64,000 bases of DNA from a virus. The notes beneath the pieces are model-generated. The model did no database searches and was not told where the DNA came from. It saw only the letters and a list, made by a program, of their open reading frames with translations. The DNA lies in IMG/VR virus record IMGVR_UViG_3300043788_000131, positions 37,798-101,797 of that record. One strand, 5' to 3'. Both the position numbers and the translations under genes were made by a program. This document shows positions 45,855 to 54,446 of this stretch, piece by piece. Each line of letters opens with the position of its first letter. Positions within the stretch are counted from its first letter, which is position 1.

Positions 45855-47027
45855 TCAGATGCCTCCGGGCGTGAGACCGTATTGCGAGAGATCGACCTCG
45901 GTGCCTGGGCGCGACATGGGGTCGGCCGGGGCCAAACTCGGCGAAGTGCTGCCCATGTTCGGTGGGTTGGGAGAAACTTGGCCGGCCTCCCCTTGGTTGA
46001 CTTTTAAGCCAACCGGCGTGCCGAACTGAGCAAAATCAATGGCTTGCGGGGCGGTCCCGGTGCCGGTTTCTGCCAGGGGTTTTGCGGTATTTTGGGTAAA
46101 ACTCGGCTGCCCGAATTCCGCGAAGTCAGGCGGCTCGTGGCCGGTGGCGCCGCCGTAGCGCGCCTCCCGCGCTGCAATATCGCCGGTGATACTACTCGTC
46201 AGGTTGCCGACCGTGCCGGCGCGGCCGAAGTGCGGATTGATCGACATTTCGTAGGGCGAGAAGACGTCCGAAGTCGACATCGAGCCGGGAATTCGGCCGT
46301 TGAGCATGGCCGCGGCGCGATCGGGCCCAAAGTGGTGGCCCAGGTAGAGTTCCTCGTTGGTGGGTTCGCGTCCGAGACGTTTCGCCATGTCCTGGCGGGT
46401 GTCGCCGATAAAGCGCGTCCACCCTTGGGCTTGAGTGTAAGGATCGCTCGAATCGCCCACGCCATACTGATGGCGGAGGTTTCCGGTCATCTGAAAGATG
46501 CCGTAGATTGACTTCGATGAGTGTGCGTTCGGATTGCCGTTGCTCTCACGTTCGGCGACGGCGAGCGCAAATGCAGGATCTTCGCCGGCCTCGTTTGCGG
46601 CCCGCGTGATCGCGTCCTGGACCTCGGGGCGCATACCGCCGCCCTTCGGTGTGGCGGTGGGTGCGGAAGTCGGTGCTGAGGTCGGTGCGGCCGCGCCGGC
46701 AAAGAATTGCTGCGGGACACGGTCCTCACGGTTGCCTTTCGCACCGCGACCTTCGTCCGGGCGCCATGCAGGATCAGGGAGCGCGTTGATCCCGGCTTGG
46801 CCCTCAAGTGACCCCTGCGGCGCCGGGAGAATGGGCGACGGCGCCGCCTGCTCTTGCTTTTGCTTTTGCTCTTTCAGCTTTTTGATTGGCGTAAGCGGGT
46901 GCTCCAGGCCGAGCTTTAGTTCGTCCCACGACAGGGTGTCAGGACGAAGCTCGTTCCACATCGCCGCAAGGCCGGAGGCCCTGTTGTCCTCCACATTGGT
47001 CGAGCGGCGGAACTGAGAATAATCCAT
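45855..47027 (-). CDS. Lytic transglycosylase (SLT/lysozyme-like) domain protein, probably an internal virion/ejection protein
   Basis: A...G.DP....AVA.RES..NP.A...YGIFQ...LGREPT..ELYL.H.FG. Confidence 0.8.
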   Translation of the reverse strand: MDYSQFRRSTNVEDNRASGLAAMWNELRPDTLSWDELKLGLEHPLTPIKKLKEQKQKQEQAAPSPILPAPQGSLEGQAGINALPDPAWRPDEGRGAKGNREDRVPQQFFAGAAAPTSAPTSAPTATPKGGGMRPEVQDAITRAANEAGEDPAFALAVAERESNGNPNAHSSKSIYGIFQMTGNLRHQYGVGDSSDPYTQAQGWTRFIGDTRQDMAKRLGREPTNEELYLGHHFGPDRAAAMLNGRIPGSMSTSDVFSPYEMSINPHFGRAGTVGNLTSSITGDIAAREARYGGATGHEPPDFAEFGQPSFTQNTAKPLAETGTGTAPQAIDFAQFGTPVGLKVNQGEAGQVSPNPPNMGSTSPSLAPADPMSRPGTEVDLSQYGLTPGGI

Positions 47028-47037
47028 GGGGGACCAC

Positions 47038-47637
47038 TTACGAGACTCGTAGGACCATGCCCCCCGGCGGCAGTGGATCGGACCGGAACTTGTGGCTCGC
47101 GGCGAGCTCGCGCGCGGCCCGATGCGTCTCGATAAGCCGCTCCGCGTTCTCCATGGCCTGTGTCAGGCCACGGACTTTGTACGCGATCATCTTGCTGATG
47201 ATGTTGTCGTCGGCCTCGAAGCGGTCGGCGAGATCGGAAAGGCGGACGGTGTCGGCTTTCAGCGTCTCCATCTGCCGCCCGATCGCAGCAATTTTCTCAT
47301 CGAAAGCGTCGGTCATTATCTTGACGACGTCGACGTGGACGATGGCGCCCTTGTCGCTGCCGAGAAAGGCAGCAATCAGTCCCTCGACTTCGATCTTGAC
47401 GAGATCAATCGCGGGATCGGGGCGCATCGCGCCGTCGTTCGCACCACCTCCGCGGTCGTAGTGGGCGCGCTTGTCAGGATCGCGCAGCACGCGGATGGCC
47501 TGCCCGAGCTCTTTGAACACCTCTTCGTCGCCGCCATTGTCGGGGTGTAACTCTTTCGCTTTTTTGCGAAAGGCCTTGTTCAGTTCGGCGGGCGAGGCGT
47601 CGCGCTTCACGCCCAGGAGCGCGTACAGATCAATCAT
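47038..47637 (-). CDS. DnaJ (J-domain) protein
   Basis: DLY.LLGV...AS..E..KAFRKKAK.LHPD.GG...F..L..A..VL.DP.KR..YD. Confidence 0.9.
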   Translation of the reverse strand: MIDLYALLGVKRDASPAELNKAFRKKAKELHPDNGGDEEVFKELGQAIRVLRDPDKRAHYDRGGGANDGAMRPDPAIDLVKIEVEGLIAAFLGSDKGAIVHVDVVKIMTDAFDEKIAAIGRQMETLKADTVRLSDLADRFEADDNIISKMIAYKVRGLTQAMENAERLIETHRAARELAASHKFRSDPLPPGGMVLRVS

Positions 47638-48565
47638 TGCGATCCATCGAGTGGGTCACAGCCATATCCCTTTGGTTCAGCGCGTCCGGCACGAATGTCG
47701 CCCGCCCTCTGGGAGCGCGCGGCTTCTGGGTCGATTACCGGCAGCACCACCTTCTTCGGCGCCACGGTGAGCGCCACGACGTCGCCGGACGGCTCCGCAG
47801 GCACTGTGCCCTCAAGCACGAAGCTCTCGAACGTGCCGGCGAAGCGGGTGATCTCGTCGGGGTGCGTGTCAGGTCCGCAGACCTGGGCGGAAAAGCTCAA
47901 CAGCGTCATGCGACGGTTCCAAGCTATCGTCGCTTTATTGAGTGCAGCCGTTTCCTCATGCAACAACTGCTCCGGGCTCAACGCCCGCGGGTTGCGTAGT
48001 TTCGCCCCTACCTTGCGCCCCATATCCACTCCTTGATCCTTGTCCAAAGGCCGCGACGCCGCAGGGCGTCTTGACGGTCCTGCTCGGCCCATTTTGCGTT
48101 GTTGGCCGCGATTGCTTCCTGGGTGACAAGATCGCGCCGACCGGCGAGGCGAGGCGAATAGCGCTCCGCCTTCATGGCGGCGATGATGTCAGGATACCGC
48201 TCGCGATGACGCCGCTCGGCCATCAGTCGTCGTCGTGACCGATGAAGCCGCGGAACCTCAATTCCTGCACGACAGCGCGCGCGGTCTCGATGGTGACCGT
48301 GAGGCTTCCGTGCTTCACTACGCGAGGCGTGTTCTCGACGTCGGCAACGAATTGTTTGACGCGATCGCGCTGCACGTACCCGCGCATGGTGCGGTGGGCG
48401 GCCTCAGCGCCGTCCTGGCGCGCACGCGCGGTAAGCTGGTCGACCTCGGCCATGGTGTAGATCGGCAGCGCGCTCGCGGCTTGGTTGGACTCGGCCTTAA
48501 TCTCATCTGGCAGCCAACCGGCTGGCAATGAGGCCTTAGTCTCGGCTTCGCGGGCCTTGGCGTAC

Positions 48566-49390
48566 TCAGTGAAGGACGGTTTCGGCCCCGGCTTCTTGAC
48601 CTTGCGGCTGTGGCTCTTGACCTTGCGGCCCTTGGCTTTGTGCTTCATTTCCCCCTCGTGGTTCGAAGCGATCACAAACTCGGTCATTCCGGACTAAGCC
48701 GTTGACCAATGAGCATCGGGATAGAGCCCCTCCCCTGGGGTCCATCCACATCGAGCAGTCTGCACACTGGTCGGCAGACCTTGATTTTCCGTAATCGACC
48801 GCCTCCTTGTCGATCTTGAAGGCGTCCTCGACGCCCAGGCGGCGCAGATCCCGGATGATTCGCCGGTCGTTAGCGTCCGGCTGGTCGAGTGCCGGCGCGC
48901 AGGCATAGTCCTTGTCGACCACTTTCAGCGGCTTGCGCTGGCAGAAGGCGATGGCGCGCTCCAGCCCCCGCTCGTAGCGGTGCGGCGTCGAGCCCTTATG
49001 GAGGACGAACTCGTGCTCGCCGGCAGTCGCAAATTCGTGGGCGTCGACGTACTCCTCGATCGGATTGTCGGCGTCGAGGAGGACCTTCTCGATGGCCTCA
49101 TGGGTGAGCAGGCATTGGAGTGTGTCTTGGGGCGAAAGGCCGGTGTCGATCGCCTCGCCGAGCAACTGTTCGGCAAAGGCCGGATCGTGCAGTGCGCGGG
49201 CGAATTCTCGATCGACAAATCGAGTCGTGCCAGCGACGTTGTAGCCGCACAGGTACGGGCAGTCGACGTTGGCCTCGATCTTTACCCATCGCTTCATCAG
49301 CGAGGGTGCGCCGCCGATCTGCAGGAGCTTGTGGAGCTCGCGCGTGTGCGACAGCGGGTTGGGCCGCCGGTGCCGGTGTCCTGCTGACAT
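48566..49390 (-). CDS. Protein with HExxE/His metal-binding core and C-terminal HiPIP-like 4-Cys domain
   Basis: THEAIE, AHEFA...EH; K.AVDY......QCADC......C.LV.G.V....VC..F. Confidence 0.55.
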   Translation of the reverse strand: MSAGHRHRRPNPLSHTRELHKLLQIGGAPSLMKRWVKIEANVDCPYLCGYNVAGTTRFVDREFARALHDPAFAEQLLGEAIDTGLSPQDTLQCLLTHEAIEKVLLDADNPIEEYVDAHEFATAGEHEFVLHKGSTPHRYERGLERAIAFCQRKPLKVVDKDYACAPALDQPDANDRRIIRDLRRLGVEDAFKIDKEAVDYGKSRSADQCADCSMWMDPRGGALSRCSLVNGLVRNDRVCDRFEPRGGNEAQSQGPQGQEPQPQGQEAGAETVLH

Positions 49391-49839
49391 TTCATCCCCA
49401 CCACCCGCCGAAGAGCCGGGCGACGTTGCGGGCGAGACGGCCGCCCTTGCGCCAATCCCAGCCGCTGCGCGAGCGGGTAGGCCGATAGATGACCTGCGGA
49501 TCATCGACCTTGAAAAAGTGCCAGGGCCGCCACTCTGACCGTGCGCGCCAGCTATTGCGACGTGCCGCGCGGTAGGTGTTGGCCGGCCGCGCTCCGCCAT
49601 GCACCTGCCGGCGCAGAATGTTCCCCCACATATTTTCCCCCTAAAACTCACTCGTTTGGATCAATCAACGCGGCATCGCGCTCCTGCGCGTAGCGCCCGA
49701 CAGCCGCATGCACGAGCTCGTGGTCCGAGCGGTACTGATCCTCGGCCCGCACATGCCGGCGCAGGATTCCGTTCAGGCGCTCGGCCTGGGCGCGCGTGAG
49801 GGCGCGCTCTGCGCCCTCTATGCTGGGTGCCCAGCACAT

Positions 49840-50367
49840 TTACGCAGCGGCGGAAGTCTGGGCATGTGCGAGAGCAACACCGTTGCCCGTGGCGACCGGC
49901 TGAGTGGTCGCGCCCTTGATGACCCCGTTGACCGCGGTTTGCGCATCTTTGACCGCGTGATAGGCGGTGACGGCGGTCGAGAGCGGCGTCGAGCCGTTGA
50001 GGACCGCCTTGCCCAGCACGTTGACTGCGGCAGTGGCCGCATTGATCGCGGTGATCGCACCGGCGACTCCGGCACCCACAGCCCCGCCGCCAGGGACGAC
50101 CGCGCTGAGAATGCCGATCGCCTGCAGTGCTTCCTGGAAGATGGCGAGCAAGGAGGCCTGATGCGCCTGAATCCAGGCGAAGATGCCCTGGATGTCGACT
50201 TCGAGCGTGTGGCCTACGGTCTGCAACAACTGCCAGCCTTTGGTCACCTCCGCGACGACCCACGCCTCGTCTTTCGCGAAGCCTGCTTCGAGTTTGGCGA
50301 AGAAGCCGCTGATGCCAGTCGGGGCGACGGCTACAGGTGCGGGCGTCGGTGTGACTACGGTCGTCAT
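49840..50367 (-). CDS. Ala/Val-rich amphipathic protein in lysis-like cluster
   Basis: GGAG RBS; coupled to 50364..50615. Confidence 0.55.
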   Translation of the reverse strand: MTTVVTPTPAPVAVAPTGISGFFAKLEAGFAKDEAWVVAEVTKGWQLLQTVGHTLEVDIQGIFAWIQAHQASLLAIFQEALQAIGILSAVVPGGGAVGAGVAGAITAINAATAAVNVLGKAVLNGSTPLSTAVTAYHAVKDAQTAVNGVIKGATTQPVATGNGVALAHAQTSAAA

Positions 50368-50621
50368 CGGTTGAATCTCCGTTGGTTGGCCTCGTAGGCC
50401 GCGAGTTGTGATTGGATGTCCGCGATCGTCTGTTTGACGCGCGGCAGTTCAGACTGGACGACGGCCGAGAGTGCGTTAGCCTTGATCAGAAGCTCTTTGA
50501 CGCTCTCGACCTGGGCCTCGACGACGCCCGCGAGGTGGGCGAGGTTGTTCACGACGGCGTTGATGCGCGCGGGATCGAGCCCCTCGAAGCGAAGGGCAAA
50601 GTCTTCGATGGACATGGGGTT

Positions 50622-51149
50622 CTATTTCTTCTCAGTTCCGAGCAATCGGTCCCAGACCGATGTGCTGACGCCGAAGTTTATGTCGTCGAATGCGTGATGC
50701 AGGGCGTGCCGCCGCTTCAGCTTGAATAGCGGGCCGCTGACGATGCGGGTGTGGTGAAAAGCGGTGTGCAGGAAGGCATAGGCGACGTAGCCGACAGAGA
50801 ACCCAACCGCCAACGCGCTATAGCTGACCCCCCACACCCACCAGAAGCCGGCGTACAGGGCGAGCGTCACGGCAGGGTGGACGGCGATGTAGTCTTTCTG
50901 GTCGGCGTGATGCAGGTCATGCAAATCACGGAACGGCCAGACCTGATGCAACAGCCAGCGGTGAGTGGCGTATTCGTAGAAGGTCCAGGCGATCAGGCCG
51001 ACGATGAATTCAACCAGCCAAAGAGGCGAGAAGCCGTGCAGCGCAGACAAGCCGAGAAGGGCAGCCGTGAGCGGCGGCGTGATCAGAAAATCAGCGTAGT
51101 ATTCCCGCTTGTTCAGCTTGAACAGTGAGAGCAGCTTGTCGAGGCCCAT
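50622..51149 (-). CDS. Fatty-acid hydroxylase / sterol-desaturase superfamily membrane di-iron enzyme
   Basis: His boxes EY.THRW.LH, HDLHH, H..FHH, RHALHH; NFGVST..WD...GT; about 4 TM helices. Confidence 0.9.
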   Translation of the reverse strand: MGLDKLLSLFKLNKREYYADFLITPPLTAALLGLSALHGFSPLWLVEFIVGLIAWTFYEYATHRWLLHQVWPFRDLHDLHHADQKDYIAVHPAVTLALYAGFWWVWGVSYSALAVGFSVGYVAYAFLHTAFHHTRIVSGPLFKLKRRHALHHAFDDINFGVSTSVWDRLLGTEKK

Positions 51150-51152
51150 GGG

Positions 51153-51437
51153 TCATACGACTTTTGCCGCCCCCACCAGGGCCCCGGTCCCCAGCCCGAA
51201 CAGAGTGTTGATCAGATCGTTATCGGCCATTTTGACGGTCCAGCCCTTGGCCGCGCACAACTGGTCGACGACAGACACGGCCAGCCACTGGCCCGGCTTC
51301 AAGATCGTCGTATTCATGATGTTCAAGACTTTGTAGTCGTTGACGTACCACGCCAGTTGGATCTCGACGGGCTTGTTTGCCGCCGCAGCTTCGAGAGCCG
51401 CGGGGACAAGGTGATTGATCGTGGAGTGGCTTTCCAT
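51153..51437 (-). CDS. Hypothetical protein
   Basis: Tightly packed in cluster. Confidence 0.5.
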   Translation of the reverse strand: MESHSTINHLVPAALEAAAANKPVEIQLAWYVNDYKVLNIMNTTILKPGQWLAVSVVDQLCAAKGWTVKMADNDLINTLFGLGTGALVGAAKVV

Positions 51438-51440
51438 ATG

Positions 51441-51986
51441 TCACACGCCCAGGATGATGTGGTGAATTCGCGAGAAGATGACGTCTTGCGACCAGCCCCA
51501 ATCGTCAGGGTGGGGCGCGACGTGCGGAATGTTGCGCAGCTTGGTGTGAGTATTGCCCGGCGCGAGGTGCCACTGGCGCGAGCCGAGGCCCGCGAAGGTC
51601 ATCAGGAAGCCCAGGAGGCCGGGGTTGTAGATGTTGTCGGCGAAGTCGCAGTTCGGGGGCACGCCCACGTCCACACCGTAGATCGAAGACTGAAAGCCGC
51701 CGATGTACTCGACCTTTCGGTGACAGCGCGACGCAACGTCTGGCGCTTCGTCGGCGCCGAGGCTATCGCCAATCACTGCGACGGGGATCGCTGGCGCCGT
51801 CGCGTTGATCTCGGCCGCGATCTCGTTGACGTCACTCCACTGATACGGTGATCGCGAGGTGTCGAGCCCAATCGCTTGGCACCGTTTGATGAGGAGGCGT
51901 TGGCCGCTGCCCCACGTCTCGATGGCGGCGCCGCCCATGCCGTACGAAATGAACACGCGGCCCTTTACGGGCACAGCTACGGTCAT
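51441..51986 (-). CDS. Alpha/beta-hydrolase (cutinase/lipase-like, LysB-like)
   Basis: V.FISYGMGG strand-turn; VIGDSLGA nucleophile elbow; late HPD. Confidence 0.6.
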   Translation of the reverse strand: MTVAVPVKGRVFISYGMGGAAIETWGSGQRLLIKRCQAIGLDTSRSPYQWSDVNEIAAEINATAPAIPVAVIGDSLGADEAPDVASRCHRKVEYIGGFQSSIYGVDVGVPPNCDFADNIYNPGLLGFLMTFAGLGSRQWHLAPGNTHTKLRNIPHVAPHPDDWGWSQDVIFSRIHHIILGV

Positions 51987-52159
51987 GTCGGCTTCCGATC
52001 GCTGGCGAAGATGAGACCGACGCCGCCGAGCAGCGCCGTGAGTGCGCCGGTGACCATTTCCTGGGTGACGGTGCCCTTGCTGACGGCAAACAGGAGCGTG
52101 CCGAGGGCTGTCAGGATCATGCCGAGGCCGCCAGCAGTTGTTTTCCAGTCTTTCATCAT
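51983..52159 (-). CDS. Putative holin (58 aa, 2 TM)
   Basis: Read by hand: MMKDWKTTAGGLGMILTALGTLLFAV...ALTALLGGVGLIFASDRKPT; GGAG RBS; ATGA-coupled to the hydrolase. Confidence 0.65.
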   Translation of the reverse strand: MMKDWKTTAGGLGMILTALGTLLFAVSKGTVTQEMVTGALTALLGGVGLIFASDRKPT

Positions 52160-52379
52160 TGGGGGTGCTCCGAGGCGTGACTTCGCAGGCAGGGAAACAC
52201 CTGTGTTTTCAAAGGTGCCCTGTGAGAAGCGTGACTTTTTGAGGGGGCAGTAGCCGGCATGCAGGCGGCGCGTTGCCCACCGGCCACCAAGACCGCGCCT
52301 TCGCGGGGTGTCGCAACCAGCCGGGGATAGTCCGCCCGGCGCGGTAGAAAGACGGAAGCGAATCTGGTTCGCTCCACAA

Positions 52380-52847
52380 ATGGTCTACAAGGCAAGCGAA
52401 GAGCGACTACGTTTCATTGCGATCTCAAGACATCGCCGCACCCAAAGGCAGCGCGCCGAGATCATTTCCGCGCTTGGCGGAAAATGCGTTCATTGTGGCT
52501 TCGATGATCCTCGCGCCCTCAACATCGACCACGTTAATGGTGGCGGGACGGCCGAGCGACGCCGCATTGGCGGCGGTACTTTCTACAAGCACGTCCTGGC
52601 TCGTTTAGACACGCAGAGTTACCAACTGCTTTGCGCAAACTGCAACCAGATCAAGCGCATAGAGAATAAAGAACTAACCTCCCGGAGACACAACTTTGCC
52701 AACTGGCTCCCGTCCGATGACCTCGAACAGTCACGAAATTGCCGGAACTGCGAGCGCCCCTTCAAACCGGAGCGAAGCCGCCACTTCTTTTGCTCGCCAG
52801 CCTGTCGCTACCGATACTGGAACACGCCGTTCTCGGCGAGCGATTAA
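52380..52847 (+). CDS. HNH endonuclease (antisense)
   Basis: LGGKC.HCG..D.RAL.IDHV.GGG...YQLLCANCN; C-terminal CxxC..FCS..C. Confidence 0.85.
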   Translation: MVYKASEERLRFIAISRHRRTQRQRAEIISALGGKCVHCGFDDPRALNIDHVNGGGTAERRRIGGGTFYKHVLARLDTQSYQLLCANCNQIKRIENKELTSRRHNFANWLPSDDLEQSRNCRNCERPFKPERSRHFFCSPACRYRYWNTPFSASD

Positions 52848-53088
52848 CGGAATTGCAAATCCGTTAAACTGAACCGGATGCTTGCTTCGCCGCCCCTCGC
52901 GGACAGGCTGGATTGTTGCAGGTCAGGTTGGCGCCAGCCGGGCAGATGCAGCCCTGCAGCAGCGGCGATCGAGGCAACTGCGGCGCGCACCACGCGCAAA
53001 GATTGGGATCAAGGCCGTGCACGCATCGCCACGTCAGCAGAGTCGGGGTGGAGACGCAGTAATACGCCATCGGACGAGTCCAAAAAGC

Positions 53089-53117
53089 AAAAGGGCCGGC
53101 TCTTCCGAACCGGCCCC
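53089..53117 (-). terminator. Intrinsic terminator-like hairpin
   Basis: GGGCCGG...CCGGCCC + TTTTGCTTTTT. Confidence 0.7.
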
Positions 53118-53145
53118 TGCCGAGCCTTTGCACGGTGGAGAAGAC

Positions 53146-53478
53146 TTAGACGCCGGTCTGCGTCTTGGCGGCAGTGACACCGGCGTTCATGGCGTCGGCC
53201 TGGGCCTGGATGTCCTTCGCAGCGGCTTCGACCGCGGCCGGGTCAATCCCGGCGGGCGCGCCGATGAGGGCGAGGACCTTGGTGACCAAGGCAGTGATTT
53301 CAGCAGTACCGGCGGTGACCGCCGCCGCAAGATTGGCTTGTGCAGCTTTCAGATCGTCGAGTTCAGCCATGATTTTCCCCTGATTTGCGATGACCGTGTT
53401 TAGCTTGTCCGCGATCAAATTGACACCACGAATGATGCCTGCGCACGCGGTCAGGATTGCCGTCAGTTTGGCGAGCAT
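53146..53478 (-). CDS. Ala-rich coiled-coil protein
   Basis: Heptad pattern LDDLKAAQANL...; alternative start at 53370. Confidence 0.55.
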   Translation of the reverse strand: MLAKLTAILTACAGIIRGVNLIADKLNTVIANQGKIMAELDDLKAAQANLAAAVTAGTAEITALVTKVLALIGAPAGIDPAAVEAAAKDIQAQADAMNAGVTAAKTQTGV

Positions 53479-53500
53479 TTGGGCGAAAACCTGGGGGGGA

Positions 53501-53576
53501 TGGTTGCAGGGGTGGGACTCGAACCCACGACCTTCAGCTTATGAGGCTGACGAGCTAGCCGCTGCTCCACCCTACA
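53501..53576 (-). tRNA. tRNA-Met (anticodon CAT) with encoded CCA
   Basis: TGTAGGG/CCCTGCA acceptor, GAGC/GCTC D stem, TCAGC-CTCATAA-GCTGA anticodon arm, GTGGG-TTCGAGT-CCCAC T arm, ACCA end; 76 nt. Confidence 0.95.
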
Positions 53577-53922
53577 GGGATGATCCGTTTCGTTCGTTCC
53601 AGTGCAATTTAGCATGGCAGTTGGCGCACAGTACATCGCATTTGGCTACTTCTTCTAAAATGCGCTGGCGGGACCAGTTGCGCGACAAAAGCGTCGCCAT
53701 ATCGCCGGTCTTTTCCGACCTTCTCCGATGGTGAAACTGCAAGCAGGCTGGGTGGTTTTCTCCACAATCCTTGCAATGCAGCGTGGCCTTTAATTCCCTG
53801 AACCACTTACGGATTGCACTATTTCGCACCTTGACCGCACGCGCAGTCCGCTTCGGGTCTCGGTATTTCTTCCAATTTGCCCGCTGATAGGCGCGACGAC
53901 GGTCAGCATCTTTGTATGGCAT
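53572..53922 (-). CDS. HNH endonuclease; stop codon lies inside the tRNA 5' end
   Basis: C.DCG..HPACL.FHH....K...EE..KCDVLCANCH..LH. Confidence 0.9.
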   Translation of the reverse strand: MPYKDADRRRAYQRANWKKYRDPKRTARAVKVRNSAIRKWFRELKATLHCKDCGENHPACLQFHHRRRSEKTGDMATLLSRNWSRQRILEEVAKCDVLCANCHAKLHWNERNGSSL

Positions 53923-53968
53923 GGGTTAGAAGATAACAGGAAAAGCGTTCTAACCCAAGCACCAAAGG

Positions 53969-54006
53969 AAAAGGGGCCGACAACTTCTTGGGAGCAGCCG
54001 ACCCCC
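53969..54006 (-). terminator. Terminator-like hairpin
   Basis: GGGGGTCGGC...GTCGGCCCC + TTTTCCTTT. Confidence 0.55.
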
Positions 54007-54068
54007 TCTATCGCCAACCTTAACCAAAAGGACCCCCACGGCGCGGCGAGCGTCGAGGAGGCTGCGCC

Positions 54069-54446
54069 TTATCGCATATTCGCGATGTCGTGGGCAACAG
54101 CCACCCTGGCAGCGATCCGTGCCGCGCGCTCCCGATCGGGCCGCGCAGCTTCCTCCGCCTTCACCCGGTCATGCTCAGCCATCGCCGCGGCCCAGGCGAG
54201 CTTGTGGGCCTTGACGTACGGCAGGGTCAGATCCCGGTCGTGGAAGTTACGCGAGGTGCCATCCTTGAGCGTCACCCGCCCGAATTCAATCCCGGCATTG
54301 CTTATGAGCCCCCACTGGACCATGGCCGTGGTCGGCCCGTCCCAGAGCTCCCCAATACCGGTTAGATCGACGTGGATGCCCTGCCGATTGACAATAACGA
54401 AAGGAAGATCGGGCACATGGTCACCCGCGCGAATCTCGAATTGCAT
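54069..54446 (-). CDS. Hypothetical protein
   Basis: ORF with plausible composition. Confidence 0.5.
   Translation of the reverse strand: MQFEIRAGDHVPDLPFVIVNRQGIHVDLTGIGELWDGPTTAMVQWGLISNAGIEFGRVTLKDGTSRNFHDRDLTLPYVKAHKLAWAAAMAEHDRVKAEEAARPDRERAARIAARVAVAHDIANMR

Noticed and set aside
53501-53576. tRNA as prophage attachment site
   Set aside because: Phage genes continue on both sides; no duplicated 3' tRNA fragment or integrase was seen.
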